A stretch of 58,377 bases of DNA, taken from a virus. Taxonomy: Duplodnaviria; Caudoviricetes. The stretch is taken from positions 1-58,377 of IMG/VR virus record IMGVR_UViG_3300043172_000336. One strand, 5' to 3'. The position numbers and the translations under genes were made by a program. The first letter of the stretch is position 1, and every line of letters starts with the position of its first letter. The notes beneath the pieces were generated by a model. That model was not told where the DNA came from. It worked only from the letters and a program-made list of their open reading frames with translations, and did no database searches. Below are positions 24,071 to 34,085 of this stretch, piece by piece.

Positions 24071-25944
24071 TGGCTGGCGTACGACTTGAAAAATTCTCAG
24101 GACTTATACCGCGAGCATCGGATCGTCTGCTGCCAGCTATGGCGGCTACTACTGCCCGCAACACTAAGCTCCTGCAAGGTGAGCTTCGAGGGTACCGTGC
24201 GCCTCGTGAGATTGCTGACCTGACTTCTGAATACTTCACCGTCCGTAGCGCCTACCGCGTGGTAGATCCGGGCGGGGAGTACGCCGACGAGTGGCTGGCA
24301 TTCGACACACAAGACGTGTCTGTTATTCGGTCGCCGATTGTCAACGATCAATTCGACAGGTACTACTGGGCTGGCGATAATGGCCGACCGATGTACAACA
24401 CGCGGGAGCGGATCTTCGACGGCGAGCCTGCTTATTTCCTTGGGGTGCCTATCCCTACGGTTGCTCCAACAGTAACTCCTCCGGGCGTTATTTATCTTGA
24501 TCAAACCCGAGCCTATGTCTATACGTTCGTCAGTGAATACGGCGAGGAAGGCCAGCCTTCTCCTCCGACTCTTGCTCAAGGAGACGAGGGGACGTGGGAG
24601 CTTACTGGTCTGCAGACATCAGTACCTGATGCAGCCAACCGCACCATTACAAAGAAAAAGATTTATCGCACTGTGCCGGGCAACAGCTCGTCGCTATTCT
24701 TCTTCGTCGCAGAAATTGATGTTGGCGATAGTGCGTATAGCGATAGCGCCTCTGACTTTGATGTGGCGCTGAATAACATACTGGAGTCGCAGACATGGGC
24801 CGAACCGATAACCGGTATGGAAGGCTTTGCGTTAATGCCTAACGGCTACCTGGTCGGCTGGGATGGAAGACGGCTAGTATTCTCTGAGGCGTACCGCCCC
24901 CACGCTTGGCCTGCCCAGTACGAACTCTCAACTGAGTTTGAGATTGTCGGCCTGGTCGTCTGGGGTGCGACGATAGTTATTGGCACGTCTTCGCAACCGT
25001 ACATGGGCCAGGGCGTATCCCCACGAGCGTTCACCATGCAGAAGATGGACGCCGTCGAACCGTGCCTGTCACGACAGGGGATGGTCGCTACTGTGTGGGG
25101 TGCATACTACCCATCGATCAATGGCCTGACCTTGGTGAATTCCTCTGGCGTGAAAAACATTACGCAAGACATCCTGACCAAAGAGGAGTGGGCTAGATAC
25201 AACCCATCAGATATCTTCGCTGCCCAGCTCGGCCTGGAGTACATCGCATTCAACAGCCCGAGCTTCGGATTTGTTTTCAACCCGACTGAACCCACCATCA
25301 AGTTTATTGAGCTGGATCGGTTCTCGGGTGTCAATGGAGTCGAGACCGATCCGTACACAGGTAACGTCCTTCTTCTCATGCAGGACCGTGTATGGGACTG
25401 GGACCCGAATGATGTCGAGCGTCTCTTCTGGCGATGGAAGTCTAAGAAGTACCACCTCAAGAAGCCACTGAACTTCGGCGCAGCTCGGATTAGTTTTGAC
25501 ACCGCCTCTGACGATGTCGGGCAAGACATCCTGAGTTATTACGGGTCTTATAACGAACTGCTGTTCGCTGTGGTTCCTACCAGTCAGATCCTTTCCATTG
25601 ACGATAGCCAGGCGGGGCTAAATACATTGGCGGGGCATGTCCTCTGTGGGTTCCCTGCCCAGGCAGCAGGGCTTGTGTCCACCTGGACAGAACCTGAGAT
25701 CATTGCACCCCTGGGTGGTGATCTGTTATACCCAATACAGTTTATGATCTTTCAGAACTCAACTGTTCGCCTGATCGTCCGCGCTCAAGATAAGATTATT
25801 TTGGATACAATTGTCGTCACTGAAGATATCATACGTCTCCCGACAGGTTTCAAATCTGACCTCTGGCAATTTGAACTGATCGGTAATACCACCGTCTACT
25901 CGATACAGATAGCAGAGACAGCGAAAGGTCTCGCGGAAGTGTAA
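24070..25944 (+). CDS. tail tubular protein B / stabilisation-like protein
   Basis: 624 aa; F.G.IPR...RLLP, YVYTFVSEYGEEG.PS, FSE.Y.PHAWP..Y, W.WKSK. Confidence 0.7.
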   Translation: MAGVRLEKFSGLIPRASDRLLPAMAATTARNTKLLQGELRGYRAPREIADLTSEYFTVRSAYRVVDPGGEYADEWLAFDTQDVSVIRSPIVNDQFDRYYWAGDNGRPMYNTRERIFDGEPAYFLGVPIPTVAPTVTPPGVIYLDQTRAYVYTFVSEYGEEGQPSPPTLAQGDEGTWELTGLQTSVPDAANRTITKKKIYRTVPGNSSSLFFFVAEIDVGDSAYSDSASDFDVALNNILESQTWAEPITGMEGFALMPNGYLVGWDGRRLVFSEAYRPHAWPAQYELSTEFEIVGLVVWGATIVIGTSSQPYMGQGVSPRAFTMQKMDAVEPCLSRQGMVATVWGAYYPSINGLTLVNSSGVKNITQDILTKEEWARYNPSDIFAAQLGLEYIAFNSPSFGFVFNPTEPTIKFIELDRFSGVNGVETDPYTGNVLLLMQDRVWDWDPNDVERLFWRWKSKKYHLKKPLNFGAARISFDTASDDVGQDILSYYGSYNELLFAVVPTSQILSIDDSQAGLNTLAGHVLCGFPAQAAGLVSTWTEPEIIAPLGGDLLYPIQFMIFQNSTVRLIVRAQDKIILDTIVVTEDIIRLPTGFKSDLWQFELIGNTTVYSIQIAETAKGLAEV

Positions 25945-26420
25945 TGGCTGTTACTATTAAATTCGAAGCTAATCGCGCTTACCCTAGTCAACCAGAACCG
26001 GGGGCCGATCTTCCGTCTCATACCAACTCTCTGAAGTTGATACGAGAAGCGATTGAAATCCATGAGCGCCGAACAGGTAACTACCTTGACAGCTTCGTAC
26101 GGGTACAGGAGCTGATCGACTTAGGATTCATTACTGTCGAGGGGAACCAACTTAACAACACTGTTGGCGGTGCAGATGGTTCCGGTACCCATAATGATTT
26201 GTCTGGTCGGAATGATCCAGACGCACATTCGATGGGTTCGATCACCGGCCTGAACTCGTCACAGGGTAGCCAGAATACACAGATCGGCAACAACGCTGCA
26301 GCCATCACCATCAACGCCAACGACATCATCATTAACGCTGCCGCTATCGCCGCCAACGCCGCTGACCTCGCCATCCATAGTGAGTTGAGCGAGTCCCTCA
26401 GATACTTCCTGGGAGAATAG
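25944..26420 (+). CDS. virion-associated hypothetical protein
   Basis: TAATG coupling; HNDLSGR..PDAH motif and Ile/Asn/Ala heptad repeats. Confidence 0.65.
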   Translation: MAVTIKFEANRAYPSQPEPGADLPSHTNSLKLIREAIEIHERRTGNYLDSFVRVQELIDLGFITVEGNQLNNTVGGADGSGTHNDLSGRNDPDAHSMGSITGLNSSQGSQNTQIGNNAAAITINANDIIINAAAIAANAADLAIHSELSESLRYFLGE

Positions 26421-26749
26421 TGATGGCTGCTGTTTATGGTGTTCTCGGACAATCAGCCCCATCAGCTGCTGTGCTGACTGATATGTATACAACCCCGGCG
26501 TTGAAGCACACCACGGGGCGCATCATCGTGGTCAACCGGGGTATCCTGCAGACACAGCTTCGGATAGCCCTGTCCCCCAATGGTGATGCGATTGCAGACG
26601 AACATTATGTTGCCTATAATGTCACGATTGATGGGGGCGCGACAGGCTCCACGATTGGCATTATACTCGGTGATGGCGATGTCGTCCGAGTGTGGGGCGG
26701 TACCTCAGATTTAAGTTTCACCCTTACGGGTCTTGAGCAAGATGACTAG
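26420..26749 (+). CDS. small beta-rich virion protein
   Basis: YGVLGQSAP...TDMYT.PA pattern; coupled to neighbours. Confidence 0.65.
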   Translation: MMAAVYGVLGQSAPSAAVLTDMYTTPALKHTTGRIIVVNRGILQTQLRIALSPNGDAIADEHYVAYNVTIDGGATGSTIGIILGDGDVVRVWGGTSDLSFTLTGLEQDD

Positions 26750-26761
26750 GAGTAATTCGAC

Positions 26762-28951
26762 ATGTCAATGGTAGACGCAGACTGGAGCATTGACCGAGCA
26801 ACAAAGGTCATCGCATATATTGGTGATGACCACACAGACAGTGGCGGCTCCCCGTCCTACGCGACAGTCATCCAATTTCACAGATGGGTTCAAGACTTCG
26901 CTGACAATGCGAACTACGATGCAGGCGGCGGTGACACCGACAACATCGAGTTGGACATCATCGACATCAACCCGTCCACACGATCGACCGACAACATCGT
27001 TCAGTTGATCAACGGGTTCACCATCTCGGCGGTTGAGATCGAGCATCTATACGATGGCACGATCATCCAGGGTTCCGGCGTCACCGAAGAACGCTGGGAT
27101 GGCATCGTCAACTTCGGCAATGCCACTGCCCATCTCCAGGTACTTCAGGATGGAGACATCATCGCTGATGACTTCTGGAACTACGGCCACGAAGCCGGGA
27201 GTATGGATGGTGGCGATAGCGACACTGTAATGACCGACTCTACATTAGGTGCCACGCTTGATGAATTCATCGGGTACACAATTCTTAACGTCACTGATGG
27301 ATCACGCGGGATCATCACAGACAATGACTCTACCTCGGTTACGGTCTCTGAGCTGTACGGTGGGGCAGACAATTCATGGGACTCGTCTGACGTTCATCAC
27401 ATTTGCGTCCCCCTGAACTCTGACGCCGGGCAAGGTATCTCTCACCGTTTCATGATCAAGACCCGTGACCTTGGCGTAGACATCGATCGAAGACGATTGA
27501 TCGGCACGTCGCGTCGTTACGGCAACACGTACAGCGAGTTCAAGATCAACGGTACGTCACAGGGCAACAACGTATTTGCGCTGTCCGACTCCGGTGACTT
27601 GAACAACACAACTTCATGGGCAGCGATCGATGCCCTGGCCGACATCACCAATCAGGAAGGCTTACGTCTGATCGATATCTCCGGTGACACGGTACCCGAA
27701 GAGTACTACTCAGAGTGGACTCGTGGTGCGAACGACATCAACACCTTCTATGAGTACCTGAAGATGGCGTCGGCTGACGCCACCGCTGAAACACTCCAAG
27801 GTGAATCAGGTGAGCTGCATCGCGGGCCGACTCATTCAATGCCTTACGGCGCTGAAATCGGTGCGCCATCAACGGCCACCAACGACAAGCATGTTTATGG
27901 AACCCTCGTTCAGCATGGCACAGTCACCGGAGCGTTTGTTGTCGGAGAGACAATTCGAGAATCTGGCTCCGATAACTGGCGAGGTCGTATCCTCGGTATT
28001 GATGTCGGCAACGACACGCTGATCGTTGATATCGAAGTCGGCTCAGTTACAACCGGCGAAGCTATGATCTCCGAACCGTCTGGTGCCACTGCAACCACTG
28101 ACGTTACACCGTCAGGAAATGAGATCCAGAACTCCGCTGGCGAGTGCAAGGTACTGGCCCTCGATGACCAGGGCGCAACTGGTTTTTTCTACGTACAGGT
28201 GACGAAGGGCGTAGCGACATTGGACAACACGCTGCTGTATGACGCCGCCGACCATACGGATCAATATGACCTGAATGCTAATCCAGATGAGCGGGCCATA
28301 TCGACACCGTTCGCTGGTGTATCAACTGGCTCGGCCCTGATCGGTGCCTACGGTCTTGGGATTGAACAAGGCGATGCGGGGGTAGCTGATACTTACTTCG
28401 ACTTGAATAACGATCCTGTCTCGCCGCCGAACAACGTGACGTTCGTGACCTCTGGGTTTGCCTCTGGTGACTACGTCCTCTGCACCAACGACAACGGTGG
28501 TGACATCGACTTCACGCAGTTGGCATCAGTTGGCTCGTTAACTTCGGGAACACAAACCGCTGTTGAAGTGGCCGCGATCCCATCTGATACTCCCCCCGAT
28601 GCCTTTAGTAAGGGCGGCATCAGGATCGAGCGCGATACCGGGCTGTACAGTTTGCACCGGTACACGGCTATTGATTTCGGTACTGACATATTTACGATTC
28701 CGTCAGCCGACTTCGCCACTGACACACTGCCAGGCAACGGCCCGGCAACTCACCCATTCAACGTGTTCATAACCTACCTCGACCTGGTGACCGGACTAAC
28801 AGAAGAGGAATTCACCTACGTGTTTGACTCACCGAGAACACACTTCCTCCGAGTGAGGAACGGATCGACACCGATCAAGACAGCGGAGGCTACAGGTGAT
28901 ATGACCTCAACCGGAGGAGTTGCATCGGTCAGTACTATCCCTGACGCTTAA
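26762..28951 (+). CDS. large acidic virion structural protein
   Basis: 729 aa, AGGAG RBS, Asp/Thr/Gly-rich; tail region. Confidence 0.7.
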   Translation: MSMVDADWSIDRATKVIAYIGDDHTDSGGSPSYATVIQFHRWVQDFADNANYDAGGGDTDNIELDIIDINPSTRSTDNIVQLINGFTISAVEIEHLYDGTIIQGSGVTEERWDGIVNFGNATAHLQVLQDGDIIADDFWNYGHEAGSMDGGDSDTVMTDSTLGATLDEFIGYTILNVTDGSRGIITDNDSTSVTVSELYGGADNSWDSSDVHHICVPLNSDAGQGISHRFMIKTRDLGVDIDRRRLIGTSRRYGNTYSEFKINGTSQGNNVFALSDSGDLNNTTSWAAIDALADITNQEGLRLIDISGDTVPEEYYSEWTRGANDINTFYEYLKMASADATAETLQGESGELHRGPTHSMPYGAEIGAPSTATNDKHVYGTLVQHGTVTGAFVVGETIRESGSDNWRGRILGIDVGNDTLIVDIEVGSVTTGEAMISEPSGATATTDVTPSGNEIQNSAGECKVLALDDQGATGFFYVQVTKGVATLDNTLLYDAADHTDQYDLNANPDERAISTPFAGVSTGSALIGAYGLGIEQGDAGVADTYFDLNNDPVSPPNNVTFVTSGFASGDYVLCTNDNGGDIDFTQLASVGSLTSGTQTAVEVAAIPSDTPPDAFSKGGIRIERDTGLYSLHRYTAIDFGTDIFTIPSADFATDTLPGNGPATHPFNVFITYLDLVTGLTEEEFTYVFDSPRTHFLRVRNGSTPIKTAEATGDMTSTGGVASVSTIPDA

Positions 28952-28952
28952 T

Positions 28953-30836
28953 ATGACGATACTAGCGGTAACCTTTAACGGGACCAGGCTGGCCGACTCT
29001 GACACCAATACGGGTTGGGGTAACTTCCAGCCATCAACAGGTGGTGCCCCTTCATCTGAAGGGGCGAATGCCTATCAGATTTCGTCGGGCGCTGCTGCGA
29101 ATACTGGTGTCGTAGGCAGACAGTCACAGTCCTCAGTGACTCGTCGCGGGGTAGATCACAACGGGGCGACCGTCGATTTCACCGCTACTGCAAACCGCCT
29201 GATGTATCTGAAAGGGTACGTCACTGACTTCTCTGATCTCAATGCAACCTTCGGGGTTGAGTTTGCTATGGGGACAGCCGATACCGATCTCTATCACAGC
29301 TACAACATGGCTGGCTCGGGTGCAGCATTGCCAGTCTATAGTCAGTACCCTCCGCAGGGTGGCTATCTAATTACCTGCATCGACCCGACGATTGATGCGT
29401 GGGCTGACACCGCTGATGTTGGCGGCACGTTTGATCAGGCTGATGTGACTTGGTATGCATTCGGCGCTCAGATGATCGCCGGTAACTCGAAGTCGGAGAA
29501 CGTCGCCTTTGATGCTATCGACTACGGTACTGGTCTGACTCTGCTGAGTGGTGACGGGGCGAATGACCCTGGCGACTACATCAGTTTCGTTATTGCCGAT
29601 CAAAACGACCCCGACAAGCGGTGGGGCGCTGCCATCGGGAGTGGCAACAGCGCAGTCCTCCGTGGCGTAATGACTATCGGTTCCGCTGGAACTGCCACAG
29701 AGTTTCTTGATGTAGGCTCCATCGTTACGTTCCCAGATGGGTACCACAGTCGCGGGCTGTTCGGTGTGCTTTTCGACATCGGTAACGCCAGTTCCATCAT
29801 GGCAGACGGCGCTACGCTGATTGGTGCTGGCACAAGGAATGGTGTAGACGCCAACGATACACGCCCAGACTACGAAGTGACCGGAACCTCTGGTTCGTTC
29901 ATCTTCACAGGCCAACTACGAAACTTCCGCGACGTTGAATTCACATCAGTCTGCGATATCGACGGTGCTTCGATTGAGTGCATGTTGTTGATACAGGGTA
30001 CAGCGGAGATTCAGAACTCTACGATCCTCACCAACGCTCTTATTAGTATAGCCTGCCTGCAAGACCCGACGTTTGGTACGACGACTGATCTACACGACAC
30101 TGATTTTATTCAGGCGGGTGCGGGCCATGCGCTTGAAATAGATTCACTCGGCACATATACATTCACCAACCTTACGTTCACCGGTTACGGGGCAGACACC
30201 ACCGACGATGCAGCCATTGATGTTACCCATGCAGGACCTGGCACAGTTACTATAAATTATTCAGGCAGCGCACCCACATTTAAGACAGCGGGCGCAACCG
30301 TCGTCCTCGTTGGCAACCCGGTGGCTACCAAGATTACGATCGAAGAAGCCGACGGCACCAAGATCGAGAATGCCAGGGTGTTCATTGAAACAGCGGACGA
30401 CGGTGGTGGCACCGGCTTCCCGTTCGAGGCAGGGATAGCAACGCTCGTTCAGGTGGCTGGTACTGCGACCCTTACATCCGACGATCCTCATGGTCTGCAG
30501 GACGACGACTACATTGTGGTTCGTGAGTCAACGAGTCAGCACTACAACCGGACGGCACAGGTCACAGTCACTGGGGCGTCAGAACTAGAGTACGCTGTTG
30601 ATTCAGGAGCGGCAGCTACTGCCCTCGGAACTCCAGTATTCTCGTACATGCCACTCAGTGGACTGACCGATGTTAATGGTGAGATTACGTCATCGAGATC
30701 GTGGCCCGCAGCACAATCACTTAAAGGGTGGGCGCGTAAGAGTACGGCCAGCCCCTTATTCCAGCAGACCGCCATCAGCATCCTTGATGCTAGCGGCGGA
30801 ACTGATCTTCTTGTAGCATTACAATCGGATGAATAA
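28953..30836 (+). CDS. virion structural/fibre-like protein
   Basis: Start 28953 just after the previous stop; Thr/Gly/Asp-rich; TATLT...PHGL..DD.IVV small beta-barrel motif. Confidence 0.7.
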   Translation: MTILAVTFNGTRLADSDTNTGWGNFQPSTGGAPSSEGANAYQISSGAAANTGVVGRQSQSSVTRRGVDHNGATVDFTATANRLMYLKGYVTDFSDLNATFGVEFAMGTADTDLYHSYNMAGSGAALPVYSQYPPQGGYLITCIDPTIDAWADTADVGGTFDQADVTWYAFGAQMIAGNSKSENVAFDAIDYGTGLTLLSGDGANDPGDYISFVIADQNDPDKRWGAAIGSGNSAVLRGVMTIGSAGTATEFLDVGSIVTFPDGYHSRGLFGVLFDIGNASSIMADGATLIGAGTRNGVDANDTRPDYEVTGTSGSFIFTGQLRNFRDVEFTSVCDIDGASIECMLLIQGTAEIQNSTILTNALISIACLQDPTFGTTTDLHDTDFIQAGAGHALEIDSLGTYTFTNLTFTGYGADTTDDAAIDVTHAGPGTVTINYSGSAPTFKTAGATVVLVGNPVATKITIEEADGTKIENARVFIETADDGGGTGFPFEAGIATLVQVAGTATLTSDDPHGLQDDDYIVVRESTSQHYNRTAQVTVTGASELEYAVDSGAAATALGTPVFSYMPLSGLTDVNGEITSSRSWPAAQSLKGWARKSTASPLFQQTAISILDASGGTDLLVALQSDE

Positions 30837-30838
30837 TT

Positions 30839-31192
30839 ATGAGCATAGGCGCAACAACTGGTAAGGAACCCGACCATGTGGACGACCAGGATCTGAAAAC
30901 CCTGGACGAGCTTCGCGGTGCAATGAAGGACCTGGACAAGGCCGCGATGTCTATTGGCGAGAAGGCCACGGTCAAGGGTGTACAGACAGCCCTGGCTGTC
31001 GTGCGCCAGCAGTTGGATATGACGCACGAACAACTCAGGCGGCTGACCGGGATGTACGCAACGCTCCAAGCGGAGTTCACCCAGTTCAGGCAGCAACGAA
31101 TCAGGGAGCTGAATGTTCGAGTCAATGGTGGCTCGACCTCACCGGAAGATCAAAATGGCGCTAACCATCGATCCCGCTTCAAAGGTCATTAG
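30839..31192 (+). CDS. coiled-coil hypothetical protein
   Basis: Heptad-like helical sequence; starts 2 nt after the previous stop. Confidence 0.6.
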   Translation: MSIGATTGKEPDHVDDQDLKTLDELRGAMKDLDKAAMSIGEKATVKGVQTALAVVRQQLDMTHEQLRRLTGMYATLQAEFTQFRQQRIRELNVRVNGGSTSPEDQNGANHRSRFKGH

Positions 31193-31586
31193 TATTCCAC
31201 AAGCGGACCTGAACTTTGTTTCGGGTACGTTGTGGGAGCTGGACAGTGATGCGTTCCGTCGGCTGGTCATGACAGACCTAGCCAGTCAGGAGCATATCTG
31301 GATGCAGGATGCTTACCTGCACAACGGTGAGGTCACGGTAGCCGGTGAGACGTTCGCCCGCACACTGGAGTTCATCAACGGGTACGTCATCAGCCTGGAG
31401 GACACCGGCTCCCCGTACTCAGTCAGTATCGTGGGGTCGAACAACAACATCTTCGATATCGAGAATGGCATTATGAATCCAACACCCCTGGTCACTGTTC
31501 TCTCGAACAACTCCGCCGGTCTTATCGTCGGCTCCGGCGGTGGCGGTGGCGGAATCGGACGACACATTACAAACTTTATAAGCTAG
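31155..31586 (+). CDS. virion-associated hypothetical protein
   Basis: MALTIDPASKVISIPQADL ... ARTLEFINGY ... GSNNNIFD ... NNSAGL. Confidence 0.65.
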   Translation: MALTIDPASKVISIPQADLNFVSGTLWELDSDAFRRLVMTDLASQEHIWMQDAYLHNGEVTVAGETFARTLEFINGYVISLEDTGSPYSVSIVGSNNNIFDIENGIMNPTPLVTVLSNNSAGLIVGSGGGGGGIGRHITNFIS

Positions 31587-31594
31587 GAGTGGCT

Positions 31595-32137
31595 ATGATA
31601 GAACAGATCATCACTGGTATTTTGGAACGAGAGGGTGGCAGTAAGTATACGAACCGCCCTGCCGATCGAGGTGGCCCTACCAAGTGGGGCATCACACAAA
31701 AGAAATGGCGTGCGTTTACTGGACTCCCTATCAGTGAAGCCGACATGAAAGAGATCCTCGAAGAGGAGGCCCGTGCCTTTTACGAACTGATGTATATCAC
31801 CAAGCCTCGGTTCATCGAGATCCATAACCACCACCTCTGCGAGCTTGTCATAGATTGCGGGGTTAACCATGGAGTGAAGCAAGCAGCCAAGTGGATTCAG
31901 CTTGCAGCAGGTGTGAAGAAGGACGGAGTGATCGGCCCTATCTCCCTGGCAGCGATCAATGCCGTCGATCCCTTGCGCCTATTCACGGCTGTGCTGTCCA
32001 GCAGGATCAAGCTGTATGGTCGATTGGTGACTAAAAACCGTAGCCAGGCTGTGTTCGCAGCGGGCTGGAACAACCGTGCGGCGGGCTTCTTGGATGATGT
32101 GGTAGCCCGCATTGCCCAGGGCGAACAGCCAGTGTAA
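31595..32137 (+). CDS. endolysin, glycoside hydrolase family 108 with peptidoglycan-binding domain
   Basis: REGG..Y.N.PADRGGPTKWGIT, D.GVNHG, DGVIGP.SL.A, F..GW.NR; AGGAG RBS. Confidence 0.9.
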   Translation: MIEQIITGILEREGGSKYTNRPADRGGPTKWGITQKKWRAFTGLPISEADMKEILEEEARAFYELMYITKPRFIEIHNHHLCELVIDCGVNHGVKQAAKWIQLAAGVKKDGVIGPISLAAINAVDPLRLFTAVLSSRIKLYGRLVTKNRSQAVFAAGWNNRAAGFLDDVVARIAQGEQPV

Positions 32138-32168
32138 TATGGTGTAGACTTTTACTTGGGCCAAGCAG

Positions 32169-32537
32169 ATGAAGTTCACGAAAGAAGAGAGGCGGCGGCA
32201 TATCGTCAGTACGATGTCTACTTTCGCTGCTCTCTTTCCTCTCGCTATCGCTGCCTGGTTTCTTGTAAAGCCAGCTCTCGTGTCATCGATAAGTGGAGCG
32301 ATGGCGGCTGGGATTGACCAGAAGATTACGCTCGTAGCTGCACCACTCGTAGCTGGGATGGCAGCATTACTTCAGCAGAACATTAACGATCTGCGACGAG
32401 AAATTGGTAAACTTGAACATGAACAGCAATACGATCCACATGCATTTACTTCGGAACAAGCAGCAGAACTTATAACCTTACGAATTGACTTGGACGCACA
32501 GAGACGAGCGTTAAACGCGATGCGAGATACAGCATGA
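32169..32537 (+). CDS. membrane protein, possible lysis accessory
   Basis: N-terminal hydrophobic helix then coiled coil; next to the lysin. Confidence 0.5.
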   Translation: MKFTKEERRRHIVSTMSTFAALFPLAIAAWFLVKPALVSSISGAMAAGIDQKITLVAAPLVAGMAALLQQNINDLRREIGKLEHEQQYDPHAFTSEQAAELITLRIDLDAQRRALNAMRDTA

Positions 32538-33085
32538 AATACTATGCATTTGAAACACTGGAAGTCGGCACTGCTGTCATTGGCCTTGAAAAGCTGGAAG
32601 ACATGCAGAGCGATCCAATTCTCACCGACCTCCATCGTGAACATTACGAAGAGACCGAGACACTTTATCTCGCCGAAGAATTTGATCCTGACTGGGGGCG
32701 CTACATACTCTCGGAAAAGGAAGGCCAGTTTGTTGTTTTCACCGCACGCATTTTTGGGAAGCTAGTTGGGTATCTCCAGTACTATATTTTCCGAGACATG
32801 CATACCAAAAGTATCTTCTCAGCTAGAGAGGATGCTTTCTTTATAACGAAATCCCAGAGAGGGCGAGAGATAGCTCCTTCGCTTTTAGGGTACGCCGAAC
32901 ACTGCTTGAAGCAACTCGGATGTTCACACGTTGGCATGACCAGCAAAGCCCCATGTGGTGGCCCGGACATCGGAAACTTTCTTGCTAAGAAAGGTTACAA
33001 GCCCGTCGCCACCTACTATCTAAAAGATTTAGATGCAGTAGAGGACGAGGACAATGTGTTGCAGCGGACCGCCACCAGCCCCTGA
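32534..33085 (+). CDS. GNAT-family acetyltransferase-like protein
   Basis: KLVGY, DAFFITKSQRGREIAPSLL acetyl-CoA loop, FLAKKGYKP. Confidence 0.8.
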   Translation: MKYYAFETLEVGTAVIGLEKLEDMQSDPILTDLHREHYEETETLYLAEEFDPDWGRYILSEKEGQFVVFTARIFGKLVGYLQYYIFRDMHTKSIFSAREDAFFITKSQRGREIAPSLLGYAEHCLKQLGCSHVGMTSKAPCGGPDIGNFLAKKGYKPVATYYLKDLDAVEDEDNVLQRTATSP

Positions 33086-34085
33086 CATGAGCGCCATGGC
33101 TGGCGCGAGTGAAGAAGTCGCTCGCATCCAGCAGGAAGTCGCCATGGAGCAAGTCCAGTGGGCGAAAGACCAGGATGCAATGAACCGGGAGACCTTGAAC
33201 AGGGTCCTCGATATTCAGTTGCCTATGATGGAAGAGAATGCCCGAGCAGCGAAGATGGATCGCTCCCGGTACGAGAAACTATTCCAACCCCTCGAAGAAA
33301 ACCTGATCAATGAATTCCAAGACTTTGCCTCCCCCGAGCGTATCCTCCGGGAGCAGGGTAAAGCTATCGCCGATGTCAGCACGACATTCGATGCGTCCCG
33401 CCGCAATGCACTCCAGCGTTTGGAGAGCTACGGTGTTGATCCTTCCCAGACTCGTAACGCCGCTCTCGATGTAGACGTGCGTACGAAACAGGCCGCCGCC
33501 CAAGCTGCAGCCGCAAGTTCTTCTCGCTCCAACACTGAAGCTATTGGCCGATCACTCCGCGCCGAAGCGATTAACATCGGTCGCGGTATGCCTTCGCAGA
33601 TTGCTGGTGCATACGGTACCGCATTGCAGGCGGGTAACAGCGCGGTCGGCGGATCAACCTCTGTCACTAATGCTGGTACCGCAGCCAATGCCGGTGCCGC
33701 TCAGTACTTCGGCGGCGCGATGCAGGGCTACAACCAGTCCGCCAACATCACCAGCCAGGGGTTCGCAAATCAGATGGCGAGCTGGCAAGCTGGGTCTGAT
33801 CAGACGATGGGGATGATCAATGCGGGTGTTGGTATAGCTGGTGCTGCATCACCTGGTGTTGCTGATGGCGGAGCAATTCCGTCGGCGCTTCCTGTAGAAG
33901 GCCCCGGCAAGGTGGCAACTGGTATCGGTGACGGCTCTGGTATTGATGACGCTATACCTGCTCAGCTCTCCGATGGTGAGTTCGTCATACCCGCCGACGT
34001 GGTCCGAATGAAAGGCGAGGAGTTCTTCAACAAGCTCCTTGAGAAATACCATGTACCCGCCGAGCAGCAAAGGGCAGCAGCGTAA
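33054..34085 (+). CDS. internal virion (ejection) protein
   Basis: MCCSGPPPAPD start, Ala/Gln/Gly-rich; C-terminal GPG...DDAIPAQLSDGEFVIPADVV domain. Confidence 0.7.
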   Translation: MCCSGPPPAPDMSAMAGASEEVARIQQEVAMEQVQWAKDQDAMNRETLNRVLDIQLPMMEENARAAKMDRSRYEKLFQPLEENLINEFQDFASPERILREQGKAIADVSTTFDASRRNALQRLESYGVDPSQTRNAALDVDVRTKQAAAQAAAASSSRSNTEAIGRSLRAEAINIGRGMPSQIAGAYGTALQAGNSAVGGSTSVTNAGTAANAGAAQYFGGAMQGYNQSANITSQGFANQMASWQAGSDQTMGMINAGVGIAGAASPGVADGGAIPSALPVEGPGKVATGIGDGSGIDDAIPAQLSDGEFVIPADVVRMKGEEFFNKLLEKYHVPAEQQRAAA